DNA from: Pseudomonadota bacterium
GTDB lineage: Bacteria > Pseudomonadota > Gammaproteobacteria > Burkholderiales > Burkholderiaceae_E
Direction of reading: 5' to 3'
DNA: 64,000 nucleotides
NCBI GenBank assembly: GCA_023388075.1
Contig: JAEWGX010000016.1
Span: 19,987 to 83,986, forward strand
In this document: in pieces, positions 9,664-18,958 of the stretch
How the letters are laid out: every line of letters begins with the position of its first letter
Position numbering within the stretch: the first letter of the stretch is position 1
The notes under the pieces: generated by a model
The model's database searches: none
Told to the model about the DNA's origin: nothing
Seen by the model: only the letters and a program-made list of their open reading frames with translations
Position numbers and translations under genes: made by a program

Positions 9664-10107
9664 TCAGAGCCGGTAAGTCTTCAGGTGGATGCTGGTCTCG
9701 GTGTTGCTGATGCCCTTCAGCAGCCGGATCCGGTCCAGTATCTGAGAGAGCTGCGCCAGGTCGGCGGCACGCAACTCCGCAAGCAGGTCCCAGCGGCCGT
9801 TCGTGTCGTGCAGCACTGCGACGCCCGGCTCCCCGAGCAGCCCGGCGACCACCTCGCGGGTCTGGTTGCCCTCGACCGCGATGCCCATCCATGCGCCGAT
9901 CTCCTCCGGGCGGGCGTCCGGGCGTAGCCGCACGGTGTAGCCGACGATCACCCCCGCTTCCTCGAGCCGGTTCAGGCGATTGGTGACGGTGCCACGCGAC
10001 ACGCCGAGCCGGTGCGCGAGCTCGGCGATGCTGGCGCGGGCATTGGCCCGCAGCAGCGCGATCAACGACCGATCGGTATTGGACAATCCGTCAAGCGCGT
10101 TGGCCAT
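9664..10107 (-). CDS. Lrp/AsnC family transcriptional regulator
   Basis: DRSLIALLRANARASIAELAHRLGVSRGTV HTH plus RAM-like C-terminus; divergent from ocd. Confidence 0.93.
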   Translation of the reverse strand: MANALDGLSNTDRSLIALLRANARASIAELAHRLGVSRGTVTNRLNRLEEAGVIVGYTVRLRPDARPEEIGAWMGIAVEGNQTREVVAGLLGEPGVAVLHDTNGRWDLLAELRAADLAQLSQILDRIRLLKGISNTETSIHLKTYRL

Positions 10108-10218
10108 ATCGTCAGATTCTGCGCAGTTTCGTCAAGTATCTGTCGTTTACATTGCCGCGTCCACCCGCGAAGCTCTTCATGACGGGGGGGTCGCCCGGGG
10201 AAGGGCGACCCGGGATCG

Positions 10219-11349
10219 ATGGAGGCAGGAATGGAGTTCATCGGATCAGGAGTCGGTCGGGTCCAGGCGACGGCGGGGCGGCGCACGGCGGCGCGGGGTG
10301 ACGGCGCGAGCCTCGCGCCGGCATCACTGCCGATCGGATTCCTGTCGGCCAGCGGTGCGGTGCGGCTGGTGCGCCGTCTCGGCGTCCGGACGGTGCTGGC
10401 CGGCATCGCGGCGCGCATCGAATCGGACTTTCGTCGCTGGGAATCGTTCGACAAGAAGGCCCGCATCGCCAATCATTCCGCTGGCGGCGTGATCGAGCTG
10501 ATGCCGATCGCGGATGCGCGCACCTGGAGCTTCAAGTACGTGAACGGGCACCCCGGCAACGGACAACTGGCGCGGCCGACGGTCATGGCCTTCGGCGCGC
10601 TCGCGCGAATGGCCGACGGCCAGCCGGAGTTCATCGCGGAGCTGACGCTGACAACCGCGCTGCGGACCGCGGCGACGTCGGGCCTTGCGGGCCGGTTGCT
10701 CGCGGGGCCGGGCTCTCGCACGATGGCGTTGATCGGCAACGGGGCGCAGGCGGAGTTCCAGGCACTCGCTTTCCAGGAGCTGGTCGGGATCCAGGCCGTG
10801 CGGGTGTACGACACCGATCCGGCGGCCACCGCGAAGCTCTGCCGCAACCTGCGGGGCAGCGGGCTCGAGCTGGTGCCCTGCCGCGACGTTGCGCAAGCCT
10901 GTCGCGACGCCGACATCGTCACCACCGCCACCGCTGCGCAGCTGCGTGCCGCGGTCCTCACGCCGGACATGGTCGCCCCCGGGATGCACCTCAATGCGGT
11001 GGGCGGCGACAGCCCTGGCAAGACCGAGCTGCATCCGGACGTGGTCGCTGCCGCGAGCGTCTTCGTGGAGTACGAGCCGCAGACCCGGATCGAGGGCGAG
11101 ATCCAGCAACTGCCCGCCACCGCGCCGGTGACGGAGCTCTGGCGCGTGCTGGGCGGGCAGGCCGAGGGACGCGTCGACGACCGTCAGGTCACCCTGTTCG
11201 ATTCGGTCGGGTTCGCGCTGGAGGATTTCTCCGCGCTGCATTACATGCGCGGCGAAGCGCAGGCGCTCGGACTGGTGGAATCGATCGACCTGATCCCGGC
11301 GCTCGACGATCCCAAGGACCTCTACGCCCTCGTCGTCCCGACGCCATGA
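10219..11349 (+). CDS. ocd: Ornithine cyclodeaminase
   Basis: GVIELMP, FKYVNGHP, TALRTAATS, IGNGAQAEFQ, GGDSPGKTEL, FDSVGFALED; start uncertain. Confidence 0.93.
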   Translation: MEAGMEFIGSGVGRVQATAGRRTAARGDGASLAPASLPIGFLSASGAVRLVRRLGVRTVLAGIAARIESDFRRWESFDKKARIANHSAGGVIELMPIADARTWSFKYVNGHPGNGQLARPTVMAFGALARMADGQPEFIAELTLTTALRTAATSGLAGRLLAGPGSRTMALIGNGAQAEFQALAFQELVGIQAVRVYDTDPAATAKLCRNLRGSGLELVPCRDVAQACRDADIVTTATAAQLRAAVLTPDMVAPGMHLNAVGGDSPGKTELHPDVVAAASVFVEYEPQTRIEGEIQQLPATAPVTELWRVLGGQAEGRVDDRQVTLFDSVGFALEDFSALHYMRGEAQALGLVESIDLIPALDDPKDLYALVVPTP

Positions 11350-12263
11350 CGCCGGTCGCGAGCCTGATCGGTGCGCCCACGGATATCGGCGCCGGCGTGC
11401 GGGGAGCCGGCATGGGGCCGGAGGCCCTGCGGGTCGCGGGGATCGTGGCGGCGTTGCAGCGGCAGGGCGTGGGTGTCTACGACGCCGGCAACCTCGTGGG
11501 GCCGGTCAATCCGTCGTTGCCTCCGGACCGCGGCCTGCGTCACCTCTACCAGTGCATCGCCTGGAACCGCCTGGTCTACGACTCGGTCTCCGAAGCGCTC
11601 GCCGAGGGCCGCATGCCGATCCTGCTGGGCGGCGACCACAGCGTGGGCATCGGCTCGATCAGCGCGGTGGCGCGCCATTGCCGCGAGTCCGGGCGCCCGT
11701 TGCGTGTCCTCTGGCTCGACGCGCATGCGGACAGCAATACGGCGGACACCACGCCAAGCGGCAACCTGCACGGCATTCCGATCGCCTGCCTGCTTGGTCA
11801 CGGGCCCGAGGGGCTGACGACGCTGTCCGGCACGCAGCCCGCGCTGGCGCCAGGCCAGTTGACCCAGGTCGGCATCCGCAGCGTCGACGACGAAGAGAAG
11901 GCGATGGTGGACGCGCTCGGCTTCGAGGTCTTCGACATGCGGCAGGTCGACGAGGTGGGCATGCGCAGCGTCATGCGGCAGGCGCTCGCGCACGTGGTGC
12001 CCGGCACCCACCTGCACGTGAGCCTCGACGCCGACTTCCTTGACCCCTCGATCGCACCCGGTGTCGGCACCGGCGTGAAGGGCGGACCCACCTACCGCGA
12101 AGCGCAACTCTGCATGGAGATGATCGCGGATACCGGCTGCCTCGGCTCGCTCGACATCGTCGAGGTCAACCCCGCGCTGGACGAGCGCAACCGGACCGCG
12201 GAGCTGATCGTGGAGCTGGTCGAGAGCCTCTTCGGCAAGCGTACGCTGATGCGGCGCGGCTGA
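11346..12263 (+). CDS. rocF: Arginase
   Basis: GGDHS, DAHAD, SGNLHG, SLDADFLDP, EVNP; ATGA overlap with ocd. Confidence 0.95.
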   Translation: MTPVASLIGAPTDIGAGVRGAGMGPEALRVAGIVAALQRQGVGVYDAGNLVGPVNPSLPPDRGLRHLYQCIAWNRLVYDSVSEALAEGRMPILLGGDHSVGIGSISAVARHCRESGRPLRVLWLDAHADSNTADTTPSGNLHGIPIACLLGHGPEGLTTLSGTQPALAPGQLTQVGIRSVDDEEKAMVDALGFEVFDMRQVDEVGMRSVMRQALAHVVPGTHLHVSLDADFLDPSIAPGVGTGVKGGPTYREAQLCMEMIADTGCLGSLDIVEVNPALDERNRTAELIVELVESLFGKRTLMRRG

Positions 12264-12326
12264 CCCGCCGCGCCGCCCGGGCAACCGGCCGGGAACCTCG
12301 ACGGGTCCCGCCAGGGCTCCGCGCGT

Positions 12327-13295
12327 TCAATCCACCTTGGCGCCCGACTGCTTCACGATGTCCCTCATGCGCGCCGTCTCCTTCCGGATCTCGGCGGCGA
12401 ACTCGTCCGGGCTTGCGAGCGCCGGCGACATGCCCTGGCTCGCCATGTTCTTCTCGACGAAGTCGGGATCGGCCAGCACACTTGCCACCGCCTTGTTGAA
12501 TCGCGCGATGACCTCCTTTGGCGTGCCTGCGGGCGCCAGGAATCCGTACAGGGCGCCGATATCCATGTCCTTGTAGCCTGCCTCGGTGAAGGTCGGCACG
12601 TCCGGCACCAGGGGCACGCGCTTGTCGCCGCTCACCGCCAGCACCTTGAGCCTTCCATCCTTCTTGAGGTGGCCCTGGATCGTGGGGAACGCCGGGAAGG
12701 TGAAGAGGATCTGGCCACCGATCACGTCCGCGACCGCCGGCCCGGCGCCCTTGTAGGGGACGTGGGCGAGGTCGGTCCCGGTCACCTTCTTGTACATCTC
12801 GCCCATGAGATGGGCCTGGCTGCCCGCGCCATAGGAGCCGTAGCTGAGCTTGCCCGGCCGCGACTTCGTATACGCGATCAGCTCGTCCAGGCTAGCGACG
12901 GGCAGGCTCGCGTTGACCACGAGCCCGAGCGGGACGTAGGCCACCGGTGCCACCGCCGCCAGGTCGCGCTCCACATCGTAGGACAGGGAGGAGAACAACA
13001 GCGGGTTGAGAACGAAGGTGGCATCGTTGGTGAAGAGGATCGTGTGGCCGTCGGGCGCGGCGTTGGCCACCACGTTGACGCCGATGGCCGTGTTGCCTCC
13101 CGGCTTGTTCTCGATCACGACGGGCTGGCCGAGCACCTCGGAGAGCTTCTCTCCCAGCTTGCGTCCGAGGAAATCGGTGGTGCCGCCCGGCGCGTACGGT
13201 ACGACCATGTTGATGGGACGGGACGGATAGGTCTGCGCGTGCACCGGGGCAGCGAGGACGAGGCACGCGAGCAGGGAGAGCACAGCCTTGCGCAT
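12327..13295 (-). CDS. Bug/TctC tripartite tricarboxylate transporter substrate-binding protein
   Basis: Signal peptide, YPSRPINMVVPYAPGGTTD, ENKPGG, VPYKGAGP, VPTFTEAG. Confidence 0.93.
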   Translation of the reverse strand: MRKAVLSLLACLVLAAPVHAQTYPSRPINMVVPYAPGGTTDFLGRKLGEKLSEVLGQPVVIENKPGGNTAIGVNVVANAAPDGHTILFTNDATFVLNPLLFSSLSYDVERDLAAVAPVAYVPLGLVVNASLPVASLDELIAYTKSRPGKLSYGSYGAGSQAHLMGEMYKKVTGTDLAHVPYKGAGPAVADVIGGQILFTFPAFPTIQGHLKKDGRLKVLAVSGDKRVPLVPDVPTFTEAGYKDMDIGALYGFLAPAGTPKEVIARFNKAVASVLADPDFVEKNMASQGMSPALASPDEFAAEIRKETARMRDIVKQSGAKVD

Positions 13296-13466
13296 AGGTC
13301 TTCCTCCGTGGATGCGAGGCCTTGCTTGCCTCGCGGCAGTCGGCTTGGCCCAGGCGTCATTTCTGCCCGGCTCCGCATCTTAAGCTGCGCGAGGCTGGCT
13401 GTCTCGGCCAATTGCAGGCCGTCCACCGCCCCGACGAGAGCGATCGGGCCGCGGGTCTATCGGCGG

Positions 13467-14192
13467 CTAACCGCGCGTGCCCGGTCGCGAGGCGAGAGCC
13501 TGCGAGGGAGCCGGCCAGTCGAGCGTGCGGGTCGCGGCTATGGCCGCGGACTCGAACGCCTGCATGCGACCTTGAACCTTGGCGGCATAGTTTCGCGCGC
13601 CGCCTGAATATCTGGCCAGCGCCGGAGCCAGCTCGCCGGCTCGGGCAAGATAACCGGCCAGGACCCGCGCGCCCACTTCGATGCTCACGGCGGGGTCGTA
13701 GAGGAGTGCCGCGCCGCCCGCCGCACGCACCACCTGCGGGTGAAAGCGCGGGACCACCTGCATCAGTCCCAGCGCGCCGTAGCGCGAGCGGGCGCGCGGA
13801 TCGAAGCTCGACTCGGTCTCCGCGATCGCGAGCAGCAGCGGGGCCGGCAGCCCATGCTGCCAGGCGGCGCGTTCGGCTGCCCGGACGATCTCGCGGGCCT
13901 CGGCGGGCGGGCGCCGATAGCGGTCCACGATGTACGCTACCCGGGCATCCTCCACCGCGCGGGCTGTGCGCAAGGCGAGGTCGTGGGCCTGCTGGAGATC
14001 ACGCGTGGCTTCGGTCCGGTCCGGAATGCCGGCAGGCACGGAGGTGCTTGCGATTGCGAGCAATGCCGCCGCCAGGCGCCGGAATGACTTCGTGCCGAAG
14101 CCCGATGCGCGAGCGGAGCCCGGAGCCCGCGCCGACGCTGGACGGGGAGAGGGGACAATGCCTGCGAGACAACCGGGTGCGGAGTGCTCCAT
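13467..14192 (-). CDS. Lytic transglycosylase (SLT domain)
   Basis: AIAETESSF catalytic Glu motif, GALGLMQV, ALARYSG; start uncertain. Confidence 0.85.
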   Translation of the reverse strand: MEHSAPGCLAGIVPSPRPASARAPGSARASGFGTKSFRRLAAALLAIASTSVPAGIPDRTEATRDLQQAHDLALRTARAVEDARVAYIVDRYRRPPAEAREIVRAAERAAWQHGLPAPLLLAIAETESSFDPRARSRYGALGLMQVVPRFHPQVVRAAGGAALLYDPAVSIEVGARVLAGYLARAGELAPALARYSGGARNYAAKVQGRMQAFESAAIAATRTLDWPAPSQALASRPGTRG

Positions 14193-14342
14193 CGTGGCCG
14201 GGGTGGACGCCGTCGAGCGGCAACCGCCTCGAGCAGCAAGCACGATGCCCAGGGTTAACCCTATCGTCCGGGCACCCCGGGCCTCCTATTTCAGCGGCGG
14301 CGAGCGCCAAGCTCACTGCCCCTTTGGCAGGGGTGTGCGCGG

Positions 14343-15743
14343 CTACTTCCAGCCGCCGCCCAGCACCTTGTAGAGGGTCACCAGGTTCTGCACCTGGGCG
14401 GCCTGCACCAGCACCAGCGCCTGCTGCGCCACGAACAGCGAGCGCTGGGCGTCGAGCACGTCCAGGTAGCTGGCGGCGCCGTTGCGGTAGCGCAGGTCCG
14501 CAAGCCGGAAGCGGGCGCTTTCGGCTCGTACCTGGGCGCGCTGCGCCCGCGTCTCGTCGACCAGGGTGGAGCGGGCGGCGAGCGCGTCGGCCACCTCGCG
14601 GAAGGCGTCCTGGATGGCGCGCTCGTAGCGCGCGACGGCGATGTCGCGCGCTGCCTCGCTGGCGCGCAGGTTCGCCTTGTTGCGGCCGTAGTCGAAGATC
14701 GGCAGCAGGGCCTGCGGATTCAGCGTCCAGGCGAACTTGCCGTCGCTGAAGAGCTCGGACAGCTCCGTGCTGGCCACGCCGGCGGAGGTGGTGAGCGAGA
14801 TCCGCGGCCAGAAGGCGGCCCGCGCGGCGCCGATGCTGGCATTGGCCGCGATCAGCTCCTGTTCGGCCGCCAGCACGTCCGGACGCCGGACCAGGACATC
14901 CGAAGGCAATCCCACCGGCACGTCGGGCAGGGTCTGGCGCGACATGAGGGGCTGGGGCGGGGGCAGGTTCGCCGGCATCGGCTGCCCGAGCAGCAGCACG
15001 AGCGCATTCTGGTCCAGCGCGCGCCGACGCTGCACCTGGGCGAGAGTCACCCGGGCCGACTCGTAGAGCGCCTCGGCCTGGCGGAAGTCGAGCTCCGAGG
15101 CCGCGCCGTTGTCGAACTTGAGCTTGGTGAGCTTGAGCGACTCCTCGCGGGTGCGCAACGCCTGCTGCGTGACTTCCAGGAGCTCGTCGTCGGCCAGGAG
15201 GTTGAAGTAGAGGTTCGCGACCGCCGCGATCAGGGAGATCCTTGCCGACTTCTGCGCTTCCTCGGTCGCGAGGTACTGCGCCAGCGCCGCATCGCTCAGG
15301 CTGCGGATGCGGCCGAAGAAGTCGAACTCGAAGGCGGTGACGGCCAGCCCCACCGTATAGAGGCTGGACTGCTCGCCCGTGGGTCCGGGTTGGCGCTGAC
15401 CGATGGCTGCGGCGTTGACCGTCGGCAACTGGTCGGCACGGCGGATGCGATACTGGGCACGGGCCCGCTCGATCGCGAGCCCCGCGGCTCGCAGGTCGCG
15501 GTTGTTGTCGAGCGCCACCGTGACCAGGGCCTTCAGCCGCGGATCGGCGAAGAAGTCCTGCCACTGGATATCCGCGGCAAGCGCGCCATCAGCGGTTGCC
15601 GGCGGCGCCTCCGGAAACGCGGGCGAAACGGGCGGCGCCGGTCGCTGGTACTCGGGCGCCATCGACGCACAGGCGCCGAGCAGCAGGCTGACGGCCACGC
15701 CGGCGGCCAGGCGGCCAATGGTTCTTGCGCAATCGTCGGACAT
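14343..15743 (-). CDS. RND efflux outer-membrane factor lipoprotein (OprM/NodT type)
   Basis: Lipobox LLGAC, WQDFFADPRL, NNRDLR, RRPDVLAAEQ, LYKVLGGGW; start ATG 15743 overlaps the permease stop. Confidence 0.95.
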   Translation of the reverse strand: MSDDCARTIGRLAAGVAVSLLLGACASMAPEYQRPAPPVSPAFPEAPPATADGALAADIQWQDFFADPRLKALVTVALDNNRDLRAAGLAIERARAQYRIRRADQLPTVNAAAIGQRQPGPTGEQSSLYTVGLAVTAFEFDFFGRIRSLSDAALAQYLATEEAQKSARISLIAAVANLYFNLLADDELLEVTQQALRTREESLKLTKLKFDNGAASELDFRQAEALYESARVTLAQVQRRRALDQNALVLLLGQPMPANLPPPQPLMSRQTLPDVPVGLPSDVLVRRPDVLAAEQELIAANASIGAARAAFWPRISLTTSAGVASTELSELFSDGKFAWTLNPQALLPIFDYGRNKANLRASEAARDIAVARYERAIQDAFREVADALAARSTLVDETRAQRAQVRAESARFRLADLRYRNGAASYLDVLDAQRSLFVAQQALVLVQAAQVQNLVTLYKVLGGGWK

Positions 15744-18700
15744 CACTGATTTCCTTGTCGTTGCGGCGAGGACGGTCCCGGCGGCACCGTGCCCGGGGGC
15801 GTCGGGTCCGGCCGCGCGGCGTCGTCCTGGTGAGCATACATGCGGCGCTGGCGCTCGCTGCCCTTGAAGATCGAGCGCACGACCACGAAGAAGATCGGCA
15901 CGAAGATGACCGCGAGCAAGGTGGCGCTGACCATGCCGCCGACGACACCGGTGCCGATCGCGCGCTGGCTTGCCGAGCCCGCGCCGCTCGAGAGCACGAG
16001 CGGCATGACGCCGAGCGTGAAGGCGAGGGAGGTCATGAGGATGGGACGGAATCGGATGTGCGCGGCTTCCAGCGCCGCGGCGATCACCGTGCGTCCCTGG
16101 GCGTGCAGGTCCTTGGCGAACTCGATGATCAGCACCGCGTTCTTCGCCGACAGCCCGATGATGGTGATGAGCCCGACGTTGAAATAGACGTCGTTGGACT
16201 GGCCGCCGATCGTGACCGCCAGCACCACTCCGAGCACGCCGAGCGGCACCACCAGGATGACGGAGAGCGGGATGGACCAGCTCTCGTAGAGCGCGGCGAG
16301 GCACAGGAAGACCGACAGCAGGGCGAAGCCGAACAGGATGAACGCCTGCGCGCCGGCGAGCTTCTCCTCGCGCGACTGCCCGGTCCATTCGTAGGCGAAT
16401 CCCTCCGGAAGCTGCGCGGCGAGCCGCTCCATCTCGCTCATCGCCTCGCCCGTGCTGCGCCCGGTGGCGGCATCGCCGACGATGCGCATCGTCGGGTAAC
16501 CGTTGTAGCGCACGGTCTGCATCGGCCCGGTGATCCACCGTGTCGTGGCGAAGGCGGAGAGCGGCACCTGCGCACCGGCCGCGCTCGAGGCATTGAGCCG
16601 CAACAGGTCGTCCGGCTGCATGCGCGCGGGCGCGTCCGCCTGGATGACCACCCGCTGCAGCCGTCCGTCGTTGGGGAAGTCGTTGACGTAGCGCGAGCCG
16701 AGCGCGGTGGAGATGATGGTGTTGACCGCGGTGAAGCTCACGCCGAGCGCATTGGCCTTGTCGCGGTCGATCACCAGCTCGAGCTGCGGCGCGTCCTCCA
16801 GCCCGTCCGGGCGCACACCGGCCAGCACCGGGCTCTGCGCCGCCAGGCCGAGCAGCTGGTTGCGCGCGGCGACCAGCGCCTCGTGCCCGTTGCCGCCGCG
16901 ATCCTGCAGGCGGAAGGTGAAGCCGGAGGCGGTGCCGAGCTCCGGGATGGGTGGCGGGCTCAGCGGGAAGATGAACGCGTCGCGGATGCCGGAGAGAGCA
17001 CCGAAGGCCCGTCCGGCGAGCGCCTGCGCCGAGCTGCCAGGGTCCTCGCGCTCTGCCCAGTCCTTGAGGGTGATGAACGCAAGGCCGGCATTCTGGCCCT
17101 GCCCGGAGAAGCTGAAGCCGAGCACGCTCACCATGCTCTGGACCTCGGGCTGGTCCAGGATGTAGCCCTCCACCTGCTTCATCACCTCGAGCGTCCGGTT
17201 CTGCGTGGCACCCGCCGGCAACTGCACGTTCACCAGCATGTTCCCCTGGTCCTCCGGCGGCAGGAACGAGGTGGGCAGGCGCACGTAGAAAAGGCCGACG
17301 ACCACGATGATCGCCACGTAGATGACCAGGTAGCGCGGCGCCCGGCGCAGGATCCGCGCGAGCAGCCCCTCGTATCCCTTGGCGGTTCGCGTGAAGTTGC
17401 GGTTGAACCAGCCGAAGAAGCCGCCCTTGGCATGGTGGTGTCCCGCAGCGACCGGTTTCAGCAGCGTCGCGCAGAGCGCCGGCGTGAGCGAGAGCGCCAT
17501 GAACGCCGAGAACAGGATGGAGGTCACCATGACCGCCGAGAACTGGCGATAGATGTTGCCCACCGATCCGCCGAAGAAGGCGAGCGGCACGAACACCGAC
17601 ACCAGCACCACCGTGACGCCGACGATCGCGCCGGAGATCTGTCCCATCGCCTTGCGGGTGGCAGGCAGCGGCGGCAGGCCTTCCTCGCTCATGATGCGCT
17701 CGACGTTCTCCACCACCACGATGGCATCGTCCACCACGATCCCGATCACGAGGACCATGCCGAACATGGTGAGCACGTTGATCGAGAAGCCGAGCGCGAA
17801 CAGGGCGCCGAAGGTGCCCAGCAGCGCGACCGGTACCACGAGGGTCGGGATGATGGTGTAGCGGAAATTCTGCAGGAACAGGAACATCACCAAAAAGACC
17901 AGCGCCACCGCCTCGAGCAGCGTGACCACCACCTGGCGGATGGAGATCTCGACGAAGCGGGAGCTGTCGTACGGGATGCTCCATTGCACGCCCTGAGGGA
18001 AGTAGCGGGCGAGCTCCTCCATGCGGGTGCGCACCGCCTCGGCCGTCGCCAGCGCGTTGCCGGTGGGCGCGAGCTGCACGCCGATGCCGGTGGAGGGGTT
18101 CCCGTTCAGCCGCGCCGAGGTGGCATAGCTTTCCGCGCCGAGCTCGATGCGGGCGACGTCGCGCATCCGCACCGTGGAGCCGTCGGTGTTGGCGCGCAGG
18201 ACGATATCGCCGAACTCCTCCACCGTCGAGAGCTGGCCCTTCACCACGACGGTGGCGGAGATCGTCTGGCCGGGGAGGTTGGGCAGGTCGCCGAGAGTCC
18301 CGGAGGACACCTGGGCGTTCTGCGCGCTGATCGCCGCCGCCACGTCGGCGGCAGAAAGGTTGTAGCCGACCAGGCGGGTCGGGTCGATCCAGATCCGCAT
18401 GGCGCGCTCGGAGCCGAAGAGGCGGGCCTGGCCCACGCCTGGCAGCCGCTGGATCTCCGGCAGCACGTTGCGCGAGGCGAAGTCGCCGAGCGCGATCGGG
18501 TCGAAGTCCGGGTTGCTCGAGGACAGGATGGTGAAGAGCAGGAAGTTCGAGCGCGACTTGTCGATGCGCACGCCCTGCTGCGTGACGGCTGCCGGCAGGC
18601 GCGGCGTGGCCCGCGACAGGCGGTTCTGCACGTCCACCTGCGCGAGGTCCGCGTCCGTGCCGTTCTCGAAGGTGATCGTGAGCTGGCCGGTGCCGTTGGC

Positions 18701-18949
18701 CTGGGACACCGACTCCATGTAGATCATGCCCGGCGAGCCGTTCATCTCGCGCTCGATCACCCCGATCACCGACTCCTCGAGCACCTGCGCCGAGGCGCCG
18801 GGATAGGCCACGTTGATCACGATCGCCGGCGGGGCCACCGGCGGGTACTGCGAGATGGGGAGCTGGAAGATCGATACCGCGCCGATCACCATGATGAAGA
18901 GCGCGATCACCCACGCGAAGATGGGGCGGTTGATGAAGAACTGGGCCAT
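15743..18949 (-). CDS. acrB: HAE1-family RND multidrug efflux permease (AcrB/MexB-like)
   Basis: MAQFFINRPIFAWVI, VDDAIVVVENVER, RFRPILMTS; 1068 aa. Confidence 0.95.
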   Translation of the reverse strand: MAQFFINRPIFAWVIALFIMVIGAVSIFQLPISQYPPVAPPAIVINVAYPGASAQVLEESVIGVIEREMNGSPGMIYMESVSQANGTGQLTITFENGTDADLAQVDVQNRLSRATPRLPAAVTQQGVRIDKSRSNFLLFTILSSSNPDFDPIALGDFASRNVLPEIQRLPGVGQARLFGSERAMRIWIDPTRLVGYNLSAADVAAAISAQNAQVSSGTLGDLPNLPGQTISATVVVKGQLSTVEEFGDIVLRANTDGSTVRMRDVARIELGAESYATSARLNGNPSTGIGVQLAPTGNALATAEAVRTRMEELARYFPQGVQWSIPYDSSRFVEISIRQVVVTLLEAVALVFLVMFLFLQNFRYTIIPTLVVPVALLGTFGALFALGFSINVLTMFGMVLVIGIVVDDAIVVVENVERIMSEEGLPPLPATRKAMGQISGAIVGVTVVLVSVFVPLAFFGGSVGNIYRQFSAVMVTSILFSAFMALSLTPALCATLLKPVAAGHHHAKGGFFGWFNRNFTRTAKGYEGLLARILRRAPRYLVIYVAIIVVVGLFYVRLPTSFLPPEDQGNMLVNVQLPAGATQNRTLEVMKQVEGYILDQPEVQSMVSVLGFSFSGQGQNAGLAFITLKDWAEREDPGSSAQALAGRAFGALSGIRDAFIFPLSPPPIPELGTASGFTFRLQDRGGNGHEALVAARNQLLGLAAQSPVLAGVRPDGLEDAPQLELVIDRDKANALGVSFTAVNTIISTALGSRYVNDFPNDGRLQRVVIQADAPARMQPDDLLRLNASSAAGAQVPLSAFATTRWITGPMQTVRYNGYPTMRIVGDAATGRSTGEAMSEMERLAAQLPEGFAYEWTGQSREEKLAGAQAFILFGFALLSVFLCLAALYESWSIPLSVILVVPLGVLGVVLAVTIGGQSNDVYFNVGLITIIGLSAKNAVLIIEFAKDLHAQGRTVIAAALEAAHIRFRPILMTSLAFTLGVMPLVLSSGAGSASQRAIGTGVVGGMVSATLLAVIFVPIFFVVVRSIFKGSERQRRMYAHQDDAARPDPTPPGTVPPGPSSPQRQGNQ

Positions 18950-18958
18950 GGGCTGCGC

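Noticed and set aside
6284..9892. 1202-aa minus-strand ORF
   Set aside because: Antisense shadow of the ABC genes caused by high-GC codon bias; no motifs
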